A DNA stretch of 64,000 bases from Antedon mediterranea (GCF_964355755.1 NC_092676.1:19300871-19364870); one strand, 5' to 3'; shown: positions 25,627 through 40,106, numbered from the stretch's first letter. Notes: generated from the sequence alone by a model not told the origin. Numbers and translations: made by a program.

Positions 25627-27227
25627 CTAGACATGTAACTCGTCACTTTGACGAGTTTGGTTATCCGCCGCGCAAGTGGTGCAACATTAACATTAAGGGG
25701 ATAGGTTGAGGACAAAAGGAAGTGTTCACGTTGGCATTATGACCTGAACTGAAGAATATGATCTGTTGTTATTGCTGAATTTTATTATTTAAATTCATAT
25801 ATAGTATACACAGTATAATCTGTATCCATATCACATACAGTGTAGAATAGGTGAAATTACGGGACCCGCTATTTATTGCAATTTTTAACATGTTGATGGT
25901 TTTAAAATGAAACGCGAAGTTAGCAATTCCGAAAGCAAATTATCTCAGCAACAACGTATTAGCGTGTAGAAGAAATTTGAATACGTTAAATATTGATGCG
26001 CGCTCTTTTAAATGTAATGAATTATGACGAAAAAGATGAAAATACGACCATTTTTATTTAACTGGCCATATGATGACGTCACAACATCCGATTGGCAACA
26101 TTTTTACATAATTTCATATCTACAATCCAATAGCTTCCAGAAAAAGTTTTAATCGTGATTATCACATTTTATTCTTACGAGCTATAACAGATTCAAATTT
26201 ACTGTAAAGATGAAATTGATGCCACACGTGATTTAAATTTTTAGGCATGATGACGTCAAAAAAATTAAAATATTTTTAACTCATGCGAAAGATAGTTGAT
26301 TGACCTAGACAATATCAAAATCGGGGTGAAAATGGAAAACGGATAAGTGGAGATGCGCTCTATTCAATGTGATGAGCTATGACGAAAGATACAAAAATAC
26401 TAAATTTTATATTCGCGTGGCCATACGATGACGTCACAATGTCCGGTTAGCCATATTAATACCTGATCCGATATCTACAACTCATCTACTTCCAGAATAT
26501 GTCATCCACAAAAATTTGACCGTCTAGTTTAGAAATTACGACTGTTTAAAAAAATGCATATTTTAAACGAATTTTTTAACCTTTTCATAAAAAACGCGCG
26601 CAAATTGTCCAATTCGACGTGCTCGTATGACGTATCTTTAAGTCGAAATTGTTTAAAATTTGGTAAAATTACTAGAAAAGGCTGGAAAAACATAAATCAC
26701 GCGAAAAAAATACGTTTTCTATGCTACGTGCGCACCGCACACGTAGAAATGTGCGCACGCGTGGGAATTTTTGACATGCTTAAAACGACATGAAACGCGT
26801 AGAAAGTTGATTATAAATTAATTTTGCGCATTTTGAAATTTTAAATGTGCGTGCGCGCGTAACTTTGTGTAAAACACGCAATTTTTTTTCAACAGAAATT
26901 TAGCGCATGATATAAATTAAACTTTTGCAAAGTTTCACTTTAAAATGTTATTTGGTTTTCGACATATGTTAAATACGATAAAATCGTTAAATCGCGCGTA
27001 CGTCACGTTGCGCAATTGTAAACATCATGAAAAGCTTCGCTTGACGACGTTACATAAATGTCAAAATGTTAACATAGTTAACAAAATGTTATGTTTGCGA
27101 GTTTTAGAGAAAAGCGTTACACAAAAATCATACAGAAAGAAAGAAGAAGAATAAAAAGTTGATGATGATGATGATGATTTCGTACAATCACAAGAGGTTA
27201 TCCTGCAACTTCGTTGCGGATAACCAA
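25627..27227 (-). mobile_element. Family C element, complete; orphan head 27228-27299 and head fragment 27300-27313
   Basis: Two C heads in tandem, then AAATAAAAAGATGA|CTAG. Confidence 0.8.
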
Positions 27228-27313
27228 AAATAAAAAGATGAGATGATGATTTCGTACAATCACAAGAGGTTATCCTGCAACTTCGTTGCGGATAACCAAA
27301 AATAAAAAGATGA

Positions 27314-30300
27314 CTAGACATGTAACTCGTCACTTTGACGAGTTTGGTTATCCGCCGCGCAAGTGGTGCAACATTAACATTAAGGGGATAGGTTGAGGAC
27401 AAAAGGAAGTGTTCACGTTGGCATTATGACCTGAACTGAAGAATATGATATGTTGTTATTGCTGAATTTTATTATTTAAATTCATATATAGTATACACAG
27501 TATAATCTGTATCCATATCACATACAGTGACATACAGTGTAGAATAGGTGAAATTACGGGACCCGCTATTTATTGCAATTTTTAACATGTTGACAGTTTT
27601 AAAATGAAACGCGAAGGTAGCAATTCCGAAAGGAAATTATCTCAGCAACAACGTATTAGCGTGTAGAAGAAATTTGAATACGTGAAATATTGATGCGCGC
27701 TCTTTTAAATGTAATGAATTATGACGCAAAAGATGAAAATACGACCTTTTTTATTTAACTGGCCATATGATGACGTCACAACATCCGATTGGCAAAATTT
27801 TTACATAATATCGTATCTACAATCCAATAGCTTCCAGAAAAAGTTTTAATCGTGATTATCACATTTTATTCTTACGAGCTATAACAGATTAAAATTTACT
27901 GTAAAGATGAAATTGATGCCACACGTGATTTAAATTTTTAGGCATGATGACGTCAAAAAAATTAAAATATTTTTAACTCATGCGAAAGATAGTTGATTGA
28001 CCTAGACAATATCAAAATCGGGGTGAAAATGGAAAACGAATAAGTGGAGATGCGCTCTATTCAATGTGATGAGCTATGACGAAAGATACAAAAATCCTAA
28101 ATTTTATATTCGCGTGGCCATACGATGACGTCACAATGTCCGGTTAGCCATATTAATACCTGATCCGATATCTACAACTCATCTACTTCCAGAATATGTC
28201 ATCCACAAAAAGTTGACCGTCTAGTTTAGAAATTACGACTGTTTCAAAAAAGGCATATTTTAAACGAATTTCTTAACCTTTTCATAAAAAACGCGCGCAA
28301 ATTGTCCAATTCGACGTGCTCGTATGACGTATCTTTAAGTCGAAATTGTTTAAAATTTGGTAAAATTACTAGAAAAGGCTGGAAAAACATAAATCACGCG
28401 AAAAAAATACGTTTACAATGCTACGTGCGCACCGCACACGTAAAAATGTGCGCACGCGTGGTAATTTTTTACATGCTTAAAACGAGATGAAACGCGTAGA
28501 AAGTTGATTATAAATTATTTTTGCGCATTTTGAAATTTTAAATGCGCGTGCGCGCGTAACTTTGTGTAAAACACGCAATTTTTTTTCAACAGAAATTTAG
28601 CGCATGATATAAATTAAACTTTTGCAAAGTTTCACTTTAAAATGTTATTTGGTTTTCGACATATGTTAAATACGAGAAAATCGTTAAATCGCGCGTACGT
28701 CACGTTGCGCAATTGTAAACATCATGAAAAGCTTCGCTTGACGACGTTACATAAATGTCAAAATGTTAACATAGTTAACAAAATGTTATGTTTGCAAGTT
28801 TTAGAGAAAAGCGTTACACAAAAATCATACAGAAAGAAAGAAGATTAAGAAAAAGACTAGACATGTAACTCGTCACTTTGACGAGTTTGGTTATCCGCCG
28901 CGCAAGTGGTGCAACATTAACATTAAGGGGATAGGTTGAGGACAAAAGGAAGTGTTCACGTTGGCATTATGACCTGAACTGAAGAATATGATATGTTGTT
29001 ATTGCTGAATTTTATTATTTAAATTAATATATAGTATACACCGTATAATCTGTATCCATATCACATACAGTGACATACATAGAATAGGTGAAATTACGGG
29101 ACCCGCTATTTATTGCAATTTTTAACATGTTGACGGTTTTAAAATGAAACGCGAAGGTAGCAATTCCGAAAGGAAATTATCTCAGCAACAACGTATTAGC
29201 GTGTAGAAGAAATTTGAATACGTGAAATATTGATGCGCGCTCGTTTAAATGTAATGAATTATGACGCAAAAGATGAAAATACGACCTTTTTTATTTAACT
29301 GGCCATATGATGACGTCACAACATCCGATTGGCAACATTTTTACATAATTTCGTATCTACAATCCAATAGCTTCCAGAAAAAGTTTTAATCGTGATTATC
29401 ACATTTTATTCTTACGAGCTATAACAGATTAAAATTTACTGTAAAGATGAAATTGATGCCACACGTGATTTAAATTTTTAGGCATGATGACGTCAAAAAA
29501 ATAAAAATATTTTTAACTCATGCGAAAGATAGTTGATTGACCTAGACAATATCAAAATCGGGGTGAAAATGGAAAACGAATAAGTGGAGATGCGCTCTAT
29601 TCAATGTGATGAGCTATAACGAAAGATACAAAAATCATAAATTTTATATTCGCATGGCCATACGATGACGTCACAATGTCCGGTTAGCCATCTTAATACC
29701 TGATCCGATATCTACAACTCATCTACTTCCAGAATATGTCATCCACAAAAAGTTGACCGTCTAGTTTAGAAATTACGACTGTTTAAAAAAATGCATATTT
29801 TAAACGAATTTTTTAACCTTTTCATAAAAAACGCGCGCAAATTGTCCAATTCGACGTGCTCGTATGACGTATCTTTAAGTCGAAATTGTTAAAAATTTGG
29901 TAAAATTACTAGAAAAGGCTGGAAAAACATAAATCACGCAAAAAAAATACGTTTTCAATGCTACGTGCGCACCGCACACGTAAAAATGTGCGCACGCGTG
30001 GGAATTTTTGACATGCATAAAACGACATGCAACGCGTAGAAAGTTGATTATACATTAATTTTGCGCATTTTGAAATTTTAAATGCGCGTGCGCGCGTAAC
30101 TTTGTGTAAAACACGCAATTTTTTTTCAACAGAAAGTTAGCGCATGATATAAATTAAACTTTTGCAAAGTTTCACTTTAAAATGTTGTTTGGTTTTCGAC
30201 ATATGTTAAATACGGGAAAATCGTTAAATCGCGCGTACGTCACGTTGCGCAATTGTAAACATCATGAAAAGCTTCGCTTGACGACGTTATATAAATGTCA

Positions 30301-30526
30301 AAATGTTAACATAGTTAACAAAATGTTATGTTTGCAAGTTTTAGAGAAAAGCGTTACACAAAAATCATACAGAAAGAAAGAAGATTAAGAAAAAGATGAT
30401 GATGATGATTTCGTACAATCACAAGAGGTTATCCTGCAACTTCGTTGCGGATAACCAATGATGATGATGATGATGATTTCGTACAATCACAAGAGGTTAT
30501 CCTGCAACTTCGTTGCGGATAACCAA
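27314..30526 (-). mobile_element. Family C element (27314-28856 + 30459-30526) split in its (GAT)n tract
   Basis: AAGAAAAAGA | TGATGATG rejoins to consensus. Confidence 0.75.
28857..30458 (-). mobile_element. Family C element, complete, nested
   Basis: Both termini. Confidence 0.83.
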
Positions 30527-32088
30527 CTAGACATGTAACTCGTCACTTTGACGAGTTTGGTTATCCGCCGCGCAAGTGGTGCAACATTAACATTAAGGGG
30601 ATAGGTTGAGGACAAAAGGAAGTGTTCACGTTGGCATTATGAACTGAACTGAAGAATATGATCTGTTGTTATTGCTGAATTTTATTATTTAAATTCATAT
30701 ATAGTATACACAGTATAATCTGTATCCATATCACATACAGTGTAGAATAGGTGAAATTACGGGACCCGCTATTTATTACAATTTTTAACATGTTGACGGT
30801 TTTAAAATGAAACGCGAAGTTAGCAATTCCGAAAGGAAATTATCTCAGCAACAACGTATTAGCGTGTAGAAGAAATTTGAATACCTGAAATATTGATGCG
30901 CGCTCTTTTAAATGTAATGAATTATGACGCAAAAGATGAAAATACGACCTTTTTTATTTAACTGGCCATATGATGACGTCACAACATCCGATTGGCAACA
31001 TTTTTACATAATTTCGTATCTACAATCCAATAGCTTCCAGAAAAAGTTTTAATCGTGATTATCAAGTTTTATTCTTACGAGCTATAACAGATTAAAATTT
31101 ACTGTAAAGATGAAATTGATGCCACACGTGATTAAAATTTTTAGGCATGATGACGTCAAAAAAATTAAAATATTTTTAACTCATGCGAAAGATACTTGAT
31201 TGACCTAGACAAAATCAAAATCGGGGTGAAAATGGAAAACGGATAAGTGGAGATGCGCTCTATTCAATGTGATGAGCTATGACGAAAGATACAAAAATCC
31301 TGAATTTTATATTCACGTGGCCATACGATGACGTCACAATGTCTGGTTAGCCATATTAATACCTGATCCGATATCTACAACTCATCTACTTCCAGAATAT
31401 GCCATCCACAAAAAGTTGACCGTCTAGTTTAGAAATTACGACTGTTTAAAAAAAGGCATATTTTAAACGAATTTTTTAACCTTTTCATAAAAAACGCGCG
31501 CAAATTGTCCAATTCGACGTGCTCGTATGACGTATCTTTAAGTCGAAATTGTTTAAAATTTGGTAAAATTACTAGAAAAGGCTGGAAAAATATAAATCAC
31601 GTGAAAAAAGTACGTTTTCAATACTACGTGCGCACCGCACACGTAAAAATGTGCGCACGCGTGGGAATTTTTGACATGCTTAAAACGACATGAAACGCGT
31701 AGAAAGTTGATTATAAATTAATTTTGCGCATTTTGAAATTTTAAATGCGCGTGCGCGCGTAACTTTGTGTAAAACACGCAAAAAAAAAAACAGAAAGTTA
31801 GCGCATGATATAAATTAAACTTTTGCAAAGTTTCAAGTTGAAATGTTATTTGGTTGTCGAGCTATGTTAAATACGACAAAATCGTTAAATCGCGCCTAAG
31901 TCACGTTGCGCAATTGTAAACGTCATGAAAAGCTTCGCTTGACGACGTTACGTAAATGTCAATATGTTAAGATAGTTACCGAAATGTTATGTTTGCGAGT
32001 TTTAGAGAAAAGCGTTACACAAAAATCATACAGGTTGATTTCGTACAATCACAAGAGGTTATCCTGCAACTTCGTTGCGGATAACCAA
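30527..32088 (-). mobile_element. Family C element, complete; microsatellite-deleted variant
   Basis: Both termini; CATACAG-GTTGATTTCG join as in 22600-24163. Confidence 0.83.
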
Positions 32089-33621
32089 CTAGACATGTAA
32101 CTCGTCACTTTGACGAGTTAGTTATCCGCACGACAAACGCCACGTGCACGTCATACGTTGGTATATGGCGCACAGAAAAAGATTATGGCATTATGACCTG
32201 AACTGAAGAATATGATATGTTGTTGGTGCTGAATTCTGTCAATTTTGTGTCATATAGTATATACATGCAAACAGTATAATCTGTATACATGTTACATACA
32301 GTGTAGAATAGGTGAAATTACGGGACCCGCCATTTATTCAAATTTGTAACATGGCGACGGTATCAAGATGAAACACTAAGATAGCAATTTCGGAAGCAAA
32401 TTATCTCAGCAACAACATATTAACGTGTAGAAGAAATTTGAATACGTTTAATATTGATGCGCGCTCTTTTAAATATAATGAACTATGATGCAAAAGATGA
32501 AAATACGACTTTTTTTATTTAACTGGCAATATGATGACGTCACAGCATCTGATTGGCAAAATGTTCACATGATTTCATATCTAAAATCCAAGAGCTTCCA
32601 GAAAATGTTTTAATCGTGATTATCACATTTTATTCGTACGAGCTATTACAGATTAAAATTTACTGTAAAGATGAAATTAATGACCCACGTAATTAAAATT
32701 TTTAGGCATGATGACGTCATAAAAATTAAAATATTTTTATCTCATGCGAAAGAAAGTTGATTGACCTAGACAATATTAAAATCTCGGAGAAAAAGAAATA
32801 CGTATAAGCGTGATGCGCTCCATTGAATGTGATGAGCAATAACGAAAGACAAAAAAATCCTATATTTTACATTCGTGTGGCCATATGATGACGTCACAAC
32901 ATCCGTGAGGTAAAAATTCTGCATGAATTCATATCTACAACATATCTGCTTACATATTAAGTTAAAAAAATTAGGGGTAATCGTTGATCCTGAGAAGCTA
33001 TAAAACATTCAAAATAGGCATAATTTTGACAACATTTTGTAACTTTTTCAACTAAAACGCGCGCAAATGGGCTAAATCAACGTGTTCGTATGACGTAATT
33101 TTTATTTGAAATGATGTCAATCTTTTTGAAAATGACTAGGAAAGGCTGAAAAATCACAATTCAAGAGAAAAAAACATGATTTTCATGCTCTATGCGCACC
33201 GTGCGCGTAATATTTTTCGCGCGCGCGGTAATTTTGTACATGCTTAAAATGACATGAAACGCGTAGAAAGCTGATTAGAAATTATTTTTGCGCATTTTGA
33301 AATTTTAAATGCGCGTGCGCGCGTAACTTTGTGTAAAACACGCAATTTTTTTCAAACAGAAAGTTAGCGCATGATATAAATTAAACTTTCACAAAGTGTC
33401 AATTAAAAATCACTTTTAGTTTTTAATCTATGATCAATCATAAAAAATCATAAAATCGCGCGTAAGTCACGTTGCGCAACTCTGACGTAATAAAAGAATA
33501 GGAGGTGCACAACTTCACGTAAATGCCCACATGTTGTCAAAGTTATAAAATGTTATGTTTACACATTTTAGAGAAACGCTCTACACAAAAATAGCGAGAA
33601 AGAAAGAAGAATAATACAGAA

Positions 33622-35214
33622 CTAGACATGTAACTCGTCACTTTGACGAGTTTGGTTATCCGCCGCGCAAGTGGTGCAACATTAACATTAAGGGGATAGG
33701 TTGAGGACAAAAGGAAGTGTTCACGTTGGCATTATGACCTGAACTGAAGAATATGATATGTTGTTATTGCTGAATTTTATTATTTAAATTCATATATAGT
33801 ATACACAGTATAATCTGTATCCATATCACATACAGTGTAGAATAGGTGAAATTACGGGACCCGCTATTTATTGCAATTTTTTAACATGTTGACGGTTTTA
33901 AAATGAAACGCGAAGGTAGCAATTCCGAAAGGAAATTATCTCAGCAACAACGTATTAGCGTGTAGAAGAAATTTGAATACGTGAAATATTGATGCGCGCT
34001 CTTTTAAATGTAATGAATTATGACGCAAAAGATGAAAATACGACCTTTTTTATTTAACTGGTCATATGATGACGTCACAACATCCGATTGGCAACATTTT
34101 TACATAATTTCGTATCTACAATCCAATAGCTTCCAGAAAAAGTTTTAATCGTGATTATCACATTTTATTCTTACGAGCTATAACAGATTAAAATTTACTG
34201 TAAAGATGAAATTAATGCCACACGTGATTTAAATTTTTAGGCATGATGACGTCAAAAAAATTAAAATATTTTTAACTCATGCGAAAGACAGTTGATTGAC
34301 CTAGACAATATCAAAATCAGGGTTAAAATGGAAAACGGATAAGTGGAGATGCGCTCTATTCCATGTGATGAGCTATGACGAAAGATACAAAAATCCTAAA
34401 TTTTATGTTCGCGTGGCCATACGATGACGTCACAATATCCGGTTAGCCATATTAATATCTGATTCGATATCTAAAACTCATCTACTTCCAGAATATGTCA
34501 TCCACAAAAATTTGACCGTCTAGTTTAGAAATTACGACTGTTTAAAAAAAGGCATATTTTAAACGAATTTTTTAACCTTTTCATAAAAAACGCGCGCAAA
34601 TTGTCCAATTTGACGTGCTCGTATGATGTATCTTTAAGTCGAAATTGTTTAAAATTTGGTAAAATTACTAGAAAAGGCTGGAAAAACATAAATCACGCGA
34701 AAAAAATACGTTTTCAATGCTACGTGCGCACCGCACACGTAAAAATGTGCACACGCGTGGGAATTTTGTACATGCATAAAACGACATGAAACGCGTAGAA
34801 AGTTGATTAGAAATTAATTTTGCGCATTTTGAAATTTTAAATGCGCGTGCGCGCGTAACTTTGTGTAAAACACGCAATTTTTTTTCAACAGACAGTTAGC
34901 GCATGATATAAATTAAACTTTTGCAAAGTTTCATTTTAAAATGTTATTTGGTTTTCGACATATGTTAAATACGAGAAAATCGTTAAATCGCGCGTACGTC
35001 GCGTTGCGCAATTGTAAACATCATGAAAAGCTTCGCTTGACGACGTTACGTAAATGTCAAAATGTTAACATAGTTAACAAAATGTTATGTTTGCAAGTTT
35101 TAGAGAAAAGCGTTACACAAAAATCATACAGAAAGAAAGAAGATGACAAAAAAGATGATGATGATTTCGTACAATCACAAGAGGTTATCCTGCAACTTCG
35201 TTGCGGATAACCAA
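33622..35214 (-). mobile_element. Family C element, complete
   Basis: Both termini. Confidence 0.83.
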
Positions 35215-36743
35215 CTAGACATGTAACTCGTCACTTTGACGAGTTTGGTTATCCGCCGCGCAAGTGGTGAAACATTAACATTAAGGGGATAGGTTGAGGA
35301 CAAAAGGAAGTGTTCACGTTGGCATTATGACCTGAACTGAAGAATATGATATGTTGTTATTGCTGAATTTTATTATTTAAATCCATATAATTATAGTATA
35401 CACAGTATAATCTGTATCCATATCACATACAGTGTAGAATAGGTGAAATTACGGGACCCGCTATTTATTGCAATTTTTAACATGTTGACGGTTTTAAAAT
35501 GAAACGCGAAGGTAGTAATTCCGAAAGCAAATTATCTCAGCAACAACGTATTAACGTGTAGAAGAAATTTGAATACGTGAAATATTGATGCGCGCTCTTT
35601 TAAATGTAATGAATTATGACGCAAAAGATGAAAATACGACCTTTTTTATTTAACTGGCCATATGATGACGTCACAACATCCGATTGGCAACATTTTTACA
35701 TAATTTCGTATCTACAATCCAGTAGCTTCCAGAAAAAGTTTTAATCGTGATTATCACATTTTATTCTTACGAGCTATAACAGATTAAAATTTACTGTAAA
35801 GATGAAATTACTGCCACACGTGATTTTAATTTTTAGGCATGATGACGTCAAAAAAATTAAAATATTTTTAACTCATGCGAAAGATAGTTGATTGACCTAG
35901 ACAATGTCAAAATCGGGGTGAAAATGGAAAACGGATAAGTGGAGATGCGCTCTATTCAATGTGATGAGCTATGACGAAAGATACAAAAATCCTAAATTTT
36001 ATATTCGAGTGGCCATACGATGACGTCAAAATGTCCGGTTAGCCGTATTAATACCTGATCCGATATCTACAACTCATCTACTTCCAGAATATCCCATCCA
36101 CAAAAAGTTGACCTTCTAGTTTAGAAATTACGACTGTTTAAAAAAAGGCATATTTTAAACGAATTTTTTAACATTTTCATAAAAAACGCGCGCAAATTGT
36201 CCAATTCGACGTGCTCGTATGACGTATCTTTAAGTCGAAATTGTTTAAAATTTGGTAAAATTACTAGAAAAAGCTGGAAAAACATAAATCACGCGAAAAA
36301 AAATCGTTTTCCATGCTACGTGCGCACCGCACACGTAAAAATGTGCGCACGCGTGGGAATTTTTGACATGCTTAAAACGACATGAAACGCGTAGAAAGTT
36401 GATTATAAATTAATTTTGCGCATTTTGAAACTTTAAATGCGCGTGCGCGCGTAACTTTGTGTAAAACACGCAATTTTTTTTCAACAGAAAGTTAGCGCAT
36501 GATATAAATTAAACTTTTGCAAAGTTTCACTTTAAAATGTTATTTGGTTTTCGACATATGTTAAATACGAGAAAATCGTTAAATCGCGCGTACGTCACGT
36601 TGCGCAATTGTAAACATCATGAAAAGCTTCGCTTGACGACGTTACATAAATGTCAAAATGTTAACATAGGTAACAAAATGTTATGTTTGCAAGTTTTAGA
36701 GAAAAGCGTTACACAAAAATCATACAGAAAGAAAGAAGAAAAA
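35215..36743 (-). mobile_element. Family C element, headless
   Basis: Ends GAAGAAAAA|CTAG. Confidence 0.8.
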
Positions 36744-38334
36744 CTAGACATGTAACTCGTCACTTTGACGAGTTTGGTTATCCGCCGCGCAAGTGGTGCA
36801 ACATTAACATTAAGGGGATAGGTTGAGGACAAAAGGAAGTGTTCACGTTGGCATTATGACCTGAACTGAAGAATATGATATGTTGTTATTGCTGAATTTT
36901 ATTATTTAAATTCATATATAGTATACACAGTATAATCTGTATCCATATCACATACAGTGTAGAATAGGTGAAATTACGGGACCCGCTATTTATTGCAATT
37001 TTTAACATGTTGACGGTTTTAAAATGAAACGCGAAGTTAGCAATTCCGAAAGGAAATTATCTCAGCAACAACGTATTAGCGTGTAGAAGAAATTTGAATA
37101 CGTGAAATATTGATGCGCGCTCTTTTAAATGTAATGAATTATGACGCAAAAGATGAAAATACGACCTTTTTTATTTAACTGGCCATATGATGACGTCACA
37201 ACATCCGATTGGCAAAATTTTTACATAATTTCGTATCTACAATCCAATAGCTTCCAGACAAAGTTTTAATTGTGATTATCACATTTTATTCTTACGAGCT
37301 ATAACAGATTAAAATTTACTGTAAAGATGAAATTAATGCCACACGTGATTTAAATTTTTAGGCATGATGACGTCAAAAAAATTAAAATATTTTTAACTCA
37401 TGCGAAAGATACTTGATTGACCTAGACAATATCAAAATCGGGGTGAAAATGGAAAACGAATAAGTGGAGATGCGCTCTATTCAATGTGATGAGCTATGAC
37501 GAAAGATACAAAAATCCTAAATTTTATATTCACGTGGCCATACGATGACGTCACAATGTCCGGTTAGCCATATTAATACCTGATCCGATACCTACAACTC
37601 ATCTACTTCCAGAATATGTCATCCACAAAAAGTTGACCGTCTAGTTTAGAAATTACAACTGTTTAAAAAAAGGCATATTTTAAACGAATTTTTTAACCTT
37701 TTCATAAAAAACGCGCGCAAATTGTCCAATTCGACGTGCTCGTATGACGTATCTTTAAGTCGAAATTGTTTAAAATTTGGTAAAATTACTAGAAAAGGCT
37801 GGAAAAACATAAATCACGCGAAAAAAATACGTTTTCAATGCTACGTGCGCACCGCACACGTAAAAATGTGCGCACGCGTGGGAATTTTTGACATGCTTAA
37901 AACGACATGAAACGCGTAGAAAGTTGATTATAAATTAATTTTGCGCATTTTGAAATTTTAAATGCGCGTGCGCGCGTAACTTTGTGTAAAACACGCAATT
38001 TTTTTCAACAGAAAGTTAGCGCATGATATAAATTAAACTTTTGCAAAGTTTCACTTTAAAATGTTATTTGGTTTTCGACATATGTTAAATACGAGAAAAT
38101 CGTTAAATCGCGCGTACGTCACGTTGCGCAATTGTAAACATCATGAAAAGCTTCGCTTGACGACGTTACATAAATGTCAAAATGTTAACATAGTTAACAA
38201 AATGTTATGTTTGCAAGTTTTAGAGAAAAGCGTTACACAAAAATCATACAGAAAGAAAGAAGATTAAGAAAAAGATGTTGATGATTTCGTACAATCACAA
38301 GAGGTTATCCTGCAACTTCGTTGCGGATAACCAA
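36744..38334 (-). mobile_element. Family C element, complete
   Basis: Both termini. Confidence 0.83.
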
Positions 38335-38393
38335 AAAAATATTGATCCCATACAATAACAAGGAGTTATCCGCCAAGTGCGGATAACTAATAA

Positions 38394-39981
38394 CTAGACA
38401 TGTAACTCGTCACTTTGACGAGTTAGTTATCCGCACGACAAACGCCACGTGCACGTCATACGTTAGAATATTGCACACAGAAAAAATTATGGCATTATGA
38501 CCTGATCTGAAGAATATGATATGTTGTTAGTGCTGAATTCTGTCAATTTTGTGTCATATAGTATATACATGCAAACAGTATAATCTGTATACATGTTACA
38601 TACAGTGTAGAATAGGTGAAATTACGGGACCCGCCATTTATTCAAATTTGTAACATGGCGACGGTATCAAGATGAAACACTAAGATAGCAATTTCGGAAG
38701 CAAATTATCTCAGCAACAACATATTAACGTGTAGAAGAAATTTGAATACGTTTAATATTGATGCGCGCTCTTTTAAATATAATGAACTATGATGCAAAAG
38801 ATGAAAATACGATTTTTTTTATTTAACTGGCAATATGATGACGTCACAGCATCTGATTGGCAAAATGTTCACATGATTTCATATCTACAATCCAAGAGCT
38901 TCCAGAAAATGTTTTAATCGTGATTATCACATTTTATTTTGACGGGCTATTACAGATTAAAATTTACTGTAAAGATGAAATTAATGACCCACGTAATTAA
39001 AATTTTTAGGCATGATGACGTCATAAAAATTAAAATATTTTTATCTCATGCGAAAGATAGTTGATTGACCTAGACAATATTAAAATATCGGAGAAAAAGA
39101 AATACGTATAAGCGTGATGCGCTCCATTGAATGTGATGAGCAATAACGAAAGACAAAAAAATCCTATATTTTACATTCGTGTGGCCATATGATGACGTCA
39201 CAACATCCGTGAGGTAAAAATTCTGCATGAATTCATATCTACAACATATCTGCTTACATATTAGGTTAAAAAAATTAGGGATAATCGTTGATCCTGAGAA
39301 GCTAAAAAACATTCAAAATAGGCATAATTTTGACAACATTTTGTAACTTTTTCAACTAAAACGCGCGCAAATGGGCTAAATCAACGTGTTCGTATGACGT
39401 AATTTTAATTTGAAATGATGTCAATCTTTTTGAAAATGACTAAGAAAGGCTGGAAAATCACAATTCAAGAGAAAAAAACATGATTTTCATGCTCTATGCG
39501 CACCGTGCGCGTAATATTTTTCGCGCGCGCGGTAATTTTGTACATGCTTAAAAAGACTTGAAACGCGTAGAAAGTTGATTAGAAATTATTTTTGCGCATT
39601 TTGAAATTTTAAATGCGCGTGCGCGCGTAACTTTGTCTAAAACACGCAATTTTTTTCAAACAGAAAGTTAGCGCATGATATAAATTAAACTTTCACAAAG
39701 TGTCAATTAAAAATCACTTTTAGTTTTTAATCTATGATCAATCATAAAAAATCATAAAATCGCGCGTAAGTCACGTTGCGCAACTCTGACGTAATTCAAA
39801 AATAGGAGGTGCACAACTTCACGTAAATGCCCACATGTTGTCAAAGTTATAAAATGTTATGTTTACACATTTTAGAGAAACGCTCTACACAAAAATAGCG
39901 AGAAAGAAAGAAGAATAATACAGAAAAAAATATTGATCCCATACAATAACAAGGAGTTATCCGCCAAGTGCGGATAACTAA
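38394..39981 (-). mobile_element. Family B element, complete, inserted in an orphan C head (38391-38393 + 39982-40051)
   Basis: TAA | AAAGTTGATG restores TAAAAAGTTGATG seen at 27152. Confidence 0.8.
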
Positions 39982-40106
39982 AAAGTTGATGTTGATGATG
40001 ATTTCGTACAATCACAAGAGGTTATCCTGCAACTTCGTTGCGGATAACCAAAAAATATTGATCCCATACAATAACAAGGAGTTATCCGCCAAGTGCGGAT
40101 AACTAA

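Larger units (their letters stand above)
32089..38390 (-). mobile_element. Family B element (32089-33621 + 38335-38390) enclosing three C units
   Basis: CAG-AA | AAAAA-TATTGATCCC restores A7. Confidence 0.78.
11656..40106 (-). mobile_element. Family B element B1 (body 11656-13185, head 40052-40106) enclosing the entire B/C nest
   Basis: Body ends CAG-AAA; orphan B head begins AAAA-TATTGATCCC; together they restore the CAG-A7-TATTG of the three intact B copies. Confidence 0.72.

Noticed and set aside
27519-27545. Small local duplications (ACATACAGTG here, CGTAC near 10593, GCAT near 6750)
   Set aside because: Ordinary slippage indels, useful only as lineage markers.
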